From NCBI GenBank assembly GCA_029856105.1, contig JAHQWH010000193.1, forward strand, positions 1 to 64,000: DNA of 64,000 bases, written 5' to 3'. The translations under genes were made by a program, and so were the position numbers. The notes under the pieces were generated by a model that saw only the letters and a program-made list of their open reading frames with translations, had not been told where the DNA came from and made no database searches. Positions 50,028 through 59,010 of the stretch are shown here, piece by piece. The stretch is from Promethearchaeia archaeon (lineage in GTDB: Archaea; Asgardarchaeota; Lokiarchaeia; Sigyniarchaeales; SOKP01). Numbering within the stretch: position 1 is the first letter of the stretch; every line of letters begins with the position of its first letter.

Positions 50028-50978
50028 TCAAATCTGTTTAAGGATGGTTTCTTTTATATCATCAATAAAGGATTTGTTTAACACATTATCCTTTTCGAAA
50101 ATTTGAGGATATTTGAACCCAGCTCGATCTTTATGACCTCCTCCTGTAAAAGCCCTCGCAAAATCCCTACAGTTAATAAAATCGCTATGGATTATAATTT
50201 CATTGTGTCGAGTATCAACCCCAATACGAGCTTTTGCTTCGGGAAATTTCTCTTTCAATAAATTAGCTATCTTTCCTCCGCCAATTTTTGCCCATGAAAT
50301 AATTATTTTACCAAAAGATTTCATTGGAATAGATTTAGCGTGATTTAAAGCAAAAGTAGACTCGTCTTCGTGCCATTTTTTTAAAATTTTTAGTTGCGAA
50401 CTAAACCAAGAGTTCTCAAAATCGCCTTGAGACAATAATTCAACTATTCTAAGTTTATTTTGATCGTTATGAGCTCCACGGTTAAAACCGATAATTAACT
50501 GCAAATCTGATGCTAATTTATATATATCAGTCCTAAAATCAGTATCTCTAGCAAATTCAGCGATCTTTGAGGCGATAGGGTCATCTGGTAAATAATAATC
50601 TTTAACGATTTCAGCAGCACATTTTTTAGTGTCATTTGAGTAAATATGAACTAAATTTCTTAGTTTTTCTTTTGTTAAATCGTCTACAATGTGATGATCG
50701 AACCACGATATCTTACATTCTCGTTTTTTCGCATTTTTGAAAACAGAGAACAAATCTACAAAATCTTCGTTAAATCCTATATCAGAAATTATTAGTTGTG
50801 AAGGGAGAGATTCTGAATCTAAGATATTGCTAACTTTTTCAACGAAATCAATGTAATGAGCGTAAAAACATCTGATCTCATCTGGATGGATTTCTCGGTT
50901 TAAATTGAAATATCGTTGAATAATTGCTTGTGACCCTAATCCATCGAGATCATGTTCATGAGTAATAGAAACGATCAT
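50028..50978 (-). CDS. DHH family phosphoesterase
   Basis: HEHDLDG, ISD, WFDHH and GGGH..RAG. Confidence 0.9.
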   Translation of the reverse strand: MIVSITHEHDLDGLGSQAIIQRYFNLNREIHPDEIRCFYAHYIDFVEKVSNILDSESLPSQLIISDIGFNEDFVDLFSVFKNAKKRECKISWFDHHIVDDLTKEKLRNLVHIYSNDTKKCAAEIVKDYYLPDDPIASKIAEFARDTDFRTDIYKLASDLQLIIGFNRGAHNDQNKLRIVELLSQGDFENSWFSSQLKILKKWHEDESTFALNHAKSIPMKSFGKIIISWAKIGGGKIANLLKEKFPEAKARIGVDTRHNEIIIHSDFINCRDFARAFTGGGHKDRAGFKYPQIFEKDNVLNKSFIDDIKETILKQI

Positions 50979-51043
50979 TCTTAGTTAACTTCTCAATAAA
51001 ATTTATTAAATTATAAGAGTAAAGATGTTTTTTAAATTTTAAC

Positions 51044-51496
51044 TTAAAATAAATCCAAATACGGTCTAACTTTTTTCTTATTTTGAGGATCTTTTACCGA
51101 TTCTAATATCTTTTTCGCTAATTGCTTTTTTTTTTCGTAATATATTTTCATGTACTCTTCTTTAGTTTTATCGGGATATCTCTTTTCTAAGGCTGGATCT
51201 CTTCTGGGGCAACCTCCTCTTCGCATACAACAATACGAAATAGAGCCAAAACAAACTAAATCAGAATCCCAGTCATTATCTTTTGAAAATTCTTCCTTTA
51301 TTTTAATAAATTCTTCTTGACTTATCCCCAACTCTTTTAATGTTTCATCTCTCTTGCACTTAAAGCCAAAGGTGAGAGAATAGCCTGGTTTACAGCAAAA
51401 AGTTAACCCTCGATAATCTGCATCCATACATATGTGAATAGGTGCATTCTCCCATCCTGTTACATCTCGAAGTTTGTCTGGATCTAATTCAACCAT
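51044..51496 (-). CDS. Cys-rich protein, methanogenesis marker 9 domain-like
   Basis: WENAP.HIC..D.RGL.FCC and CFGS..YCC...C..RD patterns. Confidence 0.7.
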   Translation of the reverse strand: MVELDPDKLRDVTGWENAPIHICMDADYRGLTFCCKPGYSLTFGFKCKRDETLKELGISQEEFIKIKEEFSKDNDWDSDLVCFGSISYCCMRRGGCPRRDPALEKRYPDKTKEEYMKIYYEKKKQLAKKILESVKDPQNKKKVRPYLDLF

Positions 51497-51619
51497 GATA
51501 TAAAATAAATCCCCATCCTAAAATTGAATAAGTAAATTCACTAAAAGATATTAATTTTCTACTTTATAGGTTATAAAAAAGAATGTAAGTAAAAAAGTTG
51601 AATTTATTAATTATAAGAG

Positions 51620-51783
51620 GGCTCGGAGGGGGATTTTCATACTGCTGATAAATTCAACAATATATTGAACCCCCCTTTCCCCAATACAAGAGAATTCCCT
51701 TGTATTTCTAGGGATTCACAGTGGGGATTCTCGAAAGAACCTCAAGATTTGTCCCCAATACTAACCACTATACGACCCGAGCC
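51620..51783 (-). tRNA. tRNA-His(GUG) with encoded G-1 and three BHB introns (51721-51750, 51677-51707, 51634-51663)
   Basis: Removing the three introns gives G GCTCGGG TC GTAT AGTGGTTA GTAT T GGGGA CT GTG AA TCCCT AGAG GGGGG TTCAATT CCCCC TCCGAGC C, a complete cloverleaf with the His identity pair G-1:C73. CCA is not encoded. Confidence 0.9.
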
Positions 51784-51849
51784 ATGTTTTTTTTTAATTA
51801 AGTTATAAAATTTAATCTTTCTTTCTAAAAAAATTTGTCCTTTGTTAAT

Positions 51850-52446
51850 TTAAAATATTTCTTTTCCCCCAACCACACTTACTAGATAGTTTAAAAATTG
51901 ATTAATTGCATTTTCTAATTCTTCAGAATTATCAACAGCAAAATCAGCATCAGGAAATTTCTGATTCCTTTTTGCTCTTTCTATTCTTTCTTCTAATCTT
52001 TTTCCGCTCTCTCTGGCGCGGGCTTTTAACCTTTTTAAAGTAATTTCAAAAGGAACTTCAATAAATATTATTTTTAAATTTCTATAAATTTCACAAGCTT
52101 TTTTCACAATTGTTCGACTAACATTTACGAGCACGGGATGTCCTTTTTTTAACCAACTATCAATTTCTATAGGAACTCCGTAATCAAGACCATAAATGTG
52201 CCATTTTAAGGTAAATTTACCTTGTTTTGACATCTCTCTGAACTCTTCTGGGCTAATCGATATATTGTCTTCGTCTTCAGAAGGAGGTCTTGTAATATAC
52301 CGTTGAGTAAGGCGAATACTTTTTAAATCAGAAGGATACCTTTCTAATACAGCTTTGATAATAGAATCTTTACCCGAACCAGAGTTTCCGACAACTAAGA
52401 ATAATGTTCCAGAAAATACTTTTCTATTTTTTTCTTTTGTTTTCAT
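51850..52446 (-). CDS. phnN: Ribose 1,5-bisphosphokinase / guanylate-kinase-like protein
   Basis: VVGNSGSGKDS, RYITRP, W...GLDYG, NVSR and RL.AR.RE. Confidence 0.8.
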   Translation of the reverse strand: MKTKEKNRKVFSGTLFLVVGNSGSGKDSIIKAVLERYPSDLKSIRLTQRYITRPPSEDEDNISISPEEFREMSKQGKFTLKWHIYGLDYGVPIEIDSWLKKGHPVLVNVSRTIVKKACEIYRNLKIIFIEVPFEITLKRLKARARESGKRLEERIERAKRNQKFPDADFAVDNSEELENAINQFLNYLVSVVGGKEIF

Positions 52447-52594
52447 CTGTTTCAAAATTAATAATTATTATTTCAATTTTAGTTTTAATGGTAAAAAATT
52501 AATAACTTTATTTATAAAAACGAAAAGAAATATTAAGAATAATAAATGTTATGAGACTTGGCAAAGAAAAAAATAAATATTTCTTAATTAGAAA

Positions 52595-53011
52595 ATGACA
52601 AGTAGTACAAAAAGCACTGGAGAAATTTCAGAAATACCCGAGAGCTACCAGAGATATATAGATGTCATTTATACTATTTCAAAGAAAAAAAGAGGAGGAT
52701 GGGTAACAAATAAAGGAATTGCTGAAAGCCTCCAAGTTGAGCCTGCCTCGGTGTCAGGAATGCTCGAAAAATTAAGAAAAAAAGGTTTAATTAACTGGGA
52801 GCCACGAAAATCAATAAGACTTACAGATAAGGGGAAGATGTATGCGCAACAGTTAGAAGAAATTGAAAAATTGCTCCACACTTTTTTTAAAGAAGTATTA
52901 AAAATCGACGACGAAGAGCTTGTTGAAAAGATATCTTGTGAAATAGAACATCATATTACTCGAGAAGTAAAAGAGTCCTTTAAAGACTTCTTGTCAAATT
53001 ATCATAAATAG
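52595..53011 (+). CDS. DtxR/MntR family metal-dependent regulator
   Basis: Y...IY, IAESLQVEPASVSGML, LTDKG and CEIEH. Confidence 0.9.
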   Translation: MTSSTKSTGEISEIPESYQRYIDVIYTISKKKRGGWVTNKGIAESLQVEPASVSGMLEKLRKKGLINWEPRKSIRLTDKGKMYAQQLEEIEKLLHTFFKEVLKIDDEELVEKISCEIEHHITREVKESFKDFLSNYHK

Positions 53012-53078
53012 ATTTAATTATAATTAACAATTTATTGATTTAACTAATTTAAATCAAACCTACAAAGAGTTTAGATAT

Positions 53079-53831
53079 ATGTCTGAAGAATTAATTGGGA
53101 AAATAAAAGTTGTTAATGAATACTTTAAAGATTTCAATAATTTTCTTGAACTCAAAGATTTTCGAGCTTTCCTATTATTGACGTTAACAAGTCAAGCCGT
53201 AACGAATATTATGGCTCAACTTGGTATAGGGGGTGATAAAGATGTTATTAATCTACCTTATAACCCTAACTATAAATTCTATTATCAAAAAATCAATTTA
53301 ATGTCTTCAAGCTCGATAATATTATACGTAAAGTCTGAACCAATAACAAACGAGCTTATTTTGGAAAAAAATAACGAAGTTTTTAAAAAATATTTAAGTT
53401 CAAATGAGATAGCTCTCGCATTTAGAGGCAAAGAAAAGTTTTTATTTCCGAAAGTTAGCGATTGCAGCACATTGGAAGCTTCAGACATTACTGTGAAGGT
53501 TGACGATTTATTTCACACTTTAGATTCTTTCATTTCTTATGCTCAACCAAATATCCTGTTTGTCTTTGATGCTGAAACATCTTCGAAACCAGATTTAGTA
53601 TTTACATTTAACATGATGCCACAATTGCCAAAAAAATTAAATGAAAATGTGTTAAAAGTTGATACCTTTTTGGATTACGAAAGAAAGACAAAAGATATTA
53701 CTTACATTAAGCGGGAGGAAGATTATAGTCTAACTTATTTAGAAGATATCAAAGAAATCAGCCACGCGGAATTATACAAGTCATCCTTTTCCTTAGTGAT
53801 ACATTTAAAATCTATAAATAAACCTACTTGA
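53079..53831 (+). CDS. Hypothetical protein
   Basis: 250-aa ORF with no recognised motif. Confidence 0.6.
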   Translation: MSEELIGKIKVVNEYFKDFNNFLELKDFRAFLLLTLTSQAVTNIMAQLGIGGDKDVINLPYNPNYKFYYQKINLMSSSSIILYVKSEPITNELILEKNNEVFKKYLSSNEIALAFRGKEKFLFPKVSDCSTLEASDITVKVDDLFHTLDSFISYAQPNILFVFDAETSSKPDLVFTFNMMPQLPKKLNENVLKVDTFLDYERKTKDITYIKREEDYSLTYLEDIKEISHAELYKSSFSLVIHLKSINKPT

Positions 53832-53860
53832 ACAATTTCTTTTTTATTTTATCAATCATA

Positions 53861-54014
53861 TTAAGCGTTTAATATTAATTATTCGTTAATGATTAAGCCG
53901 TTAACACCATTAAAGGATTAATACTCTTAATTTATAAATTATCCGACAAAATATGATTAGTAATTAAACTGTTAAAACAGTTAAAACTTCAATTTAATAT
54001 TTCAAACAAATTAA
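53861..54014. promoter_or_regulatory. TTAA array upstream of the RHH gene (candidate operator)
   Basis: 14 TTAA tetramers in about 155 bp, most spaced 6-11 bp apart. Confidence 0.4.
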
Positions 54015-54026
54015 GGGTTGGTAGTA

Positions 54027-54230
54027 ATGAAAATAATAACTATTAATTTACCTGAGAAGTATTTAGCAGCAATTCAAGTCTTAAATGACTTGGGCGTGTA
54101 TCCAAGTCGAAGCGAAGCAATAAGAACTGCTTTAAGAGATTTCTTAGATGACGAATTAAAAATGTTTAACAATTTAGAAGACGAAACTTTTAAAATGCTT
54201 GTTAGAAACACAGCAAATAATAGACGATAA
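54027..54230 (+). CDS. Ribbon-helix-helix (CopG/Arc/MetJ) regulator
   Basis: MKIITINLP...YPSRSEAIRTALR. Confidence 0.88.
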   Translation: MKIITINLPEKYLAAIQVLNDLGVYPSRSEAIRTALRDFLDDELKMFNNLEDETFKMLVRNTANNRR

Positions 54231-54256
54231 TTTCTATTTTTTTTTAATTTTAAGAA

Positions 54257-54721
54257 TTAATCTACATTTACATCGACTTTACACTTATTACAACGTTTTG
54301 ATCCCCGAAATAATTGATTGCCACAATTTGGACAATGATATCTATTCTCTTCTTGTTTTACAAATTCTTCTGTGCCATTTTCTCGCCAAAATGGGATTGC
54401 TCGGAGGATAACTTTCTTCCCTACTGTTATCGGAAAGTTATTAATAAATTTACACGGAAACTCGTCGCACTGATGACATCCTTCAATCCCTTTATCGTTA
54501 CAACACTTTTTAATAGAACATACTCTGCAAACCGGGAAAACAATTCCATCTGATAAGCATCCCGTACAAGCTATGTCGTCTACGCTTTTTGCAAACGCTT
54601 TATAGACGGGCAATAATTTTTCTTTAAATTTCAAATTATTATCTCGGTGAGCGATATAAATCGAGCAAACTCCACAATACAATCCACAAGGTGCTAATAA
54701 ATTTTCTTTGATCTCAACCAT
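54257..54721 (-). CDS. Cys-rich DUF3795-like protein
   Basis: APCGLYCGVC, C.GC, C.IKKCC..K...C..C.EFPC and a C-terminal zinc ribbon. Confidence 0.8.
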   Translation of the reverse strand: MVEIKENLLAPCGLYCGVCSIYIAHRDNNLKFKEKLLPVYKAFAKSVDDIACTGCLSDGIVFPVCRVCSIKKCCNDKGIEGCHQCDEFPCKFINNFPITVGKKVILRAIPFWRENGTEEFVKQEENRYHCPNCGNQLFRGSKRCNKCKVDVNVD

Positions 54722-54862
54722 TTAATATCATCATTTAAACATTCTAAATATTAAAAATTAATAATATCGAATTAAATCTTTTGATTTAAGATCTTACTTT
54801 TAATAATTATAAAAACATATTATTTTTAATACTGTTAATTTTGAATTTATGTAGGTATTACA

Positions 54863-55912
54863 ATGAAAATTGCACGATATTATAACAATAACGATGTTAG
54901 GCTTGACGAGATACCAAAACCAATAATTGGTTCAGGAGAATTTTTGGTAAAAGTAGTAAAGTCAGGTATTTGTGGTTCGGATGTTCTAGAATATTATAGA
55001 TTTGCCAAAATGAAAAAACTAGGCGTAGATAATCTAATTCTTGGGCATGAAATAGCAGGCGATATTGTTGAGGTAGGAAAGGATGTAAGACGCTTCAAAG
55101 TCGGAGATCGTGTTTTTGTTTCTCACCATGTTCCTTGTTATGATTGTTATTATTGTCATCATGGGCACCATACTGCGTGTGCTCTACTTCACAGTACCAA
55201 TTTCGATCCAGGCGGTTTTTCTGAATATGTTAGAATTCCTAAGATTAATATCGAGAAAAAAGGAGTATTTGTTTTAGATAAGTCGGTATCGTATGATGAA
55301 GCAGTTTTTATCGAACCCTTTGGGTGTGTGTGTAGGGCACAAAGATTAGCTATTGTTGGAAAAGGATTAACAGTTTTAATACTCGGTATTGGAGTTTCTG
55401 GAATTTTGCATATTCAACTAGCAAAATTGCGAGGGGTGGCAAAAGTGTTTGCAACGGACATCAATGAATATAGGTTAAAAATGGCGAAGAAGTTTGGGGC
55501 TGATGAGGCTTTTTTTGCTAGTGAGGATATCCCTTCAAACCTTTTGGAATTGAACGATCATCGATTAGCAGATATTGTTATCGTATGTACTGGTGCTTTA
55601 TCTGCCGCAAATCAAGCTTTAAAATGTGCTGCTCCTGGTGGTAAAATTATATTTTTTGCAGTTCCTGCCCCCGGTATTAATTTAGAAGTCCCTATAAACG
55701 AATATTGGAGAAATGAGATAACAATAACGACATCATATGGTGCAGCACCTGAAGATCTTCAAGAGTCTTATATATGGATATTATCTAAGAAAATAAAAGT
55801 CTTAGAATTAATAACTCATAGATTCCCCCTAAGTCAAGCTGGAAAAGCCTTCAAGGTCGTTTGTGAAGCAAAAGAATCCCTAAAAGTTGTTTTAGAGCCC
55901 AATAAAGAATGA
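54863..55912 (+). CDS. Zn-dependent medium-chain dehydrogenase (polyol/threonine DH-like)
   Basis: GICGSD, GHE, C..C..C.......C structural Zn site and G.GVSG. Confidence 0.92.
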   Translation: MKIARYYNNNDVRLDEIPKPIIGSGEFLVKVVKSGICGSDVLEYYRFAKMKKLGVDNLILGHEIAGDIVEVGKDVRRFKVGDRVFVSHHVPCYDCYYCHHGHHTACALLHSTNFDPGGFSEYVRIPKINIEKKGVFVLDKSVSYDEAVFIEPFGCVCRAQRLAIVGKGLTVLILGIGVSGILHIQLAKLRGVAKVFATDINEYRLKMAKKFGADEAFFASEDIPSNLLELNDHRLADIVIVCTGALSAANQALKCAAPGGKIIFFAVPAPGINLEVPINEYWRNEITITTSYGAAPEDLQESYIWILSKKIKVLELITHRFPLSQAGKAFKVVCEAKESLKVVLEPNKE

Positions 55913-55917
55913 GTTAT

Positions 55918-56880
55918 TTATAGATTTGTTCTTATACTTCTTTCAATATGCTTTCTTATTATCCAGGATTCCCAAAAAGCGTAAACCTTTAGCATTGCTC
56001 CTTTCATTTTTCTTTTAGGAAAAAAAATATCTAATTTAAGCAACGCTTCTGTTTTTTCGCTAATTGCAAGTTTATGATCAAGCGTTTTTAGTGCAGAATT
56101 AACTTTCTCTTGATTTTCTTCTATTTTTTTTCTCATATAATTAAACGGTGTTCTATCGGGATTTTTAACTACATACGAATGACTCGAAGTTAATTTAATT
56201 GCTTTCTCAAGAAAAAATTCTTCAGCAAGATTAATATCCCTGATAGTCTGCTCAATAGAGCAATCCCTAAATCCGTACCAAGGGCCAAAACCATTTACTT
56301 CTGGTTGAGTTTGGTCAAATCCCATACAACTTATATGTAAAATTTTTTCGGAAGGAAAAAAAAATCCAACATGACCTAAGGAGTGTCCTGGAAAAGAGAT
56401 GGTTTGCAGTTCGAAATTATCGAATCTTAACATATCACCGGGTTTAAACGAAATAACTTCATTACATTTTTTATAACCCATTGAATTAACGAAACTCATT
56501 CCAGTTTCTAAGTCAAGATCCTCTAAAAATCCAAAGTTATTTAAAAAATTATAACTATCTAACAAATTCGTATGTTCTGGAACAGGAGCATATATATTTA
56601 CTCTTTTTTCGCTCCAAATATGCACATGAGCTGCGTGATCTAAATGCGTGTGACTACATACATAATCCGAAATGGGCTTAAACAAATTGTATATGGTATT
56701 TGCATACCGTGGCTCAATATTAAGATCTATAATAATAGCGTGCCTATTTACACCCTTTTCGGGTAATTTAATTAAACCGTCGCACCTTGTAAAGACGGCT
56801 GATGCTTTTATTTGGTGAACTCTTAATAAATTTTTAGTAACCTTAGAAATTTGAAGATTATCAATATTAGGTAAAGACAT
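55918..56880 (-). CDS. Metallo-beta-lactamase fold protein
   Basis: SHTHLDH, PGHSLGH and SSH. Confidence 0.85.
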   Translation of the reverse strand: MSLPNIDNLQISKVTKNLLRVHQIKASAVFTRCDGLIKLPEKGVNRHAIIIDLNIEPRYANTIYNLFKPISDYVCSHTHLDHAAHVHIWSEKRVNIYAPVPEHTNLLDSYNFLNNFGFLEDLDLETGMSFVNSMGYKKCNEVISFKPGDMLRFDNFELQTISFPGHSLGHVGFFFPSEKILHISCMGFDQTQPEVNGFGPWYGFRDCSIEQTIRDINLAEEFFLEKAIKLTSSHSYVVKNPDRTPFNYMRKKIEENQEKVNSALKTLDHKLAISEKTEALLKLDIFFPKRKMKGAMLKVYAFWESWIIRKHIERSIRTNL

Positions 56881-56988
56881 TAGTGCGAATATAATCTCTA
56901 TAGTAATTATAAAGGAAAATTATGAAATATTTAAGAACTTAATCTTAACACAAAATATTCTTAAAATATAGAAATAAAAAAAATAAAA

Positions 56989-57771
56989 TTATAATCCTAC
57001 TGGACCATTACTATAGATTTCATATGCTTCATCTACGGAAGCATTTTCGTGAACTATTGCTCTTACTGCTTGAATCATTCCAATTGGTTTATCAGATTGG
57101 AAGATATTCCTCCCCATGTCTACACCGATAGCTCCAGAATTAATAGCATTCTTTGCCATTTGTAATGCATCCCTCTCCGATGTTTTTTTCCCTCCCGCAA
57201 TAACTACAGGTACAGGACAAATACTTGTTACGTTTTCAAAATTTTCACAATAGTATGTTTTTACAAATGTAGCACCTAACTCCGCGGCCATTCTACTAGC
57301 CATCCCTAAGTAACGGTGATCTCTAACCATTTCCCTACCAACTGCGGTGACTGCTAAGGTAGGAATTCCATATTCTTGTCCCCAATTTACTATTTTCGAT
57401 AAATTCATTAAGCTTTGCTTTTCAAACTCTCCGCCGACAAAAATCGAGCAAGTTATTGCTGAAACATTTAATCTTATGGCTTCTTCAATAGTTACGTTAA
57501 TTTCTTCATTTGAAAGGTCTTTTAACATGCTAGCTCCAGCCGATACTCTTAATACTATCGGAATATCAAAATCAGCGGAAACGCAACTTCTTAGCATCCC
57601 CCGAGTAAGCATTAAAGCATCAGCATATTGAAATAACGGATTTAAATCTCCAAAACATTTCAATTGACCAGGTATATTACCAAAGTATCCATGATCGACG
57701 GCAAGCATTACACAACGCCCAGACTTAGGTTTGATAATCCTTGCTAATCGATTTTGCATTCCCCAATCCAT
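56989..57771 (-). CDS. lsrF: LsrF-like class I aldolase/thiolase
   Basis: MDWGMQNRL, MLAVDHGYF, AAELGA..VKTYY, AGGKK and GVDMGRNIFQ. Confidence 0.85.
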   Translation of the reverse strand: MDWGMQNRLARIIKPKSGRCVMLAVDHGYFGNIPGQLKCFGDLNPLFQYADALMLTRGMLRSCVSADFDIPIVLRVSAGASMLKDLSNEEINVTIEEAIRLNVSAITCSIFVGGEFEKQSLMNLSKIVNWGQEYGIPTLAVTAVGREMVRDHRYLGMASRMAAELGATFVKTYYCENFENVTSICPVPVVIAGGKKTSERDALQMAKNAINSGAIGVDMGRNIFQSDKPIGMIQAVRAIVHENASVDEAYEIYSNGPVGL

Positions 57772-57915
57772 TTTTAATTCACTTTATTTGATTTTCAATT
57801 AAATTATTGCATTGATAAATTATGAAAATTATTAATTTATTATCTTTTTTGTGCTTTTGCATAGAAATGTCTTTAAAGAAGAGAGTGTAAAGAAAATGGT
57901 TAATGATTCATCAAA

Positions 57916-58764
57916 TTAGTTCCTTATTTTTTTACCTAAATCCTTCGAAATTCGTCTACTAATAAATTCTTTTATTAAAACGATTCTGTTTCTATTGATC
58001 GTAGAAACTATTAACTTTTCTTTTAACTTTTTTGTTAATTCTTTTTCGTTGATACCTTTAGCGTTCTCTAAAAGCGAAATAGTAAATTCTACATCACTTA
58101 AAAATTGTTTAATATAGAGCGCTAAATACTTTAATTGATCGTTTTTATCTGTCTTACCCAGAGCGTTGCTTAATATAGACTTTTCAAAATCAATCTGCGA
58201 ATGCCATGGTACTTGGATAACCAATTTACGATTATTGATTAAAAACGCGTTGGAATATTCTTGTTTAGTCATAGTATAGAAATAATTTGGATTAGGAAAC
58301 ACATAAGAGTCAAATTCTTCGTCTATTATAACATTCGAATTTCGATACTCGACAGGGATTAATCTGTCAAATAATTCGTTTAATTGCTCTATGTTGAGAC
58401 TAGTTTCTTCGTTTCTAATAATTCGGGAGTCGTAATCGAATAATTTAGCGTGTATGAAACCTGCAACACAATTGAAACCAAAAGCATCGATTAATTCATC
58501 TAATGTCAAACTGATTAAATCAATCGGTAATTTATCTTTTTGATCTAACGATACGGAAGCATCAATTATGTCGTATCCAATAACATTTCCTTTAGTAGAA
58601 ATAAAAACGATAAAATTGTGCTCTTCACAAACTACTCCTTTAGGTACTTTAATCTTAACGGTACCAAACTTTTTATCAACAAACAATGATTCTGGAACGG
58701 ATATTTCTTTTCCCACGCCACATCGGGGGCAAGAAACCTCAAACTTTTTCAAGTTACTACTCAT
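57916..58764 (-). CDS. Hypothetical protein with N-terminal CxxC...CxxH putative Zn domain
   Basis: CPRC...VPKGVVCEEHNFIVFI...GY; same domain as 33038-33601. Confidence 0.65.
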   Translation of the reverse strand: MSSNLKKFEVSCPRCGVGKEISVPESLFVDKKFGTVKIKVPKGVVCEEHNFIVFISTKGNVIGYDIIDASVSLDQKDKLPIDLISLTLDELIDAFGFNCVAGFIHAKLFDYDSRIIRNEETSLNIEQLNELFDRLIPVEYRNSNVIIDEEFDSYVFPNPNYFYTMTKQEYSNAFLINNRKLVIQVPWHSQIDFEKSILSNALGKTDKNDQLKYLALYIKQFLSDVEFTISLLENAKGINEKELTKKLKEKLIVSTINRNRIVLIKEFISRRISKDLGKKIRN

Positions 58765-59010
58765 TTAATCCCTAAATTTAGATTATTTGTTTAGTTAATT
58801 TTTTTTTATTTTTATATTTTTTTTTAGACAAAAATACTAAAAAAGTTTTCATTAAAAAGCTTAAACATTTCGTCAAAAAATATTATAAAATATTATAAAA
58901 TTTTAAATACAATTTAAATATCAAATACAATTTTTAAATTCGTCTTAAATTAAATATTAAATTTTTTAAAGCAATTTTAAAATCAATTAACTAGTATTAG
59001 GTAAAAATTA

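Noticed and set aside
51500-51850. Integrated element at the tRNA-His 3' end
   Set aside because: No integrase and no duplicated tRNA 3' end (att site) seen in the window.
58770-59010. AT-rich tandem-like repeats (AAAATATTAT x2, AAATACAATTT x2) as an origin or repeat array
   Set aside because: Low-complexity divergent promoter region with no ORB-like G-string and no adjacent cdc6.
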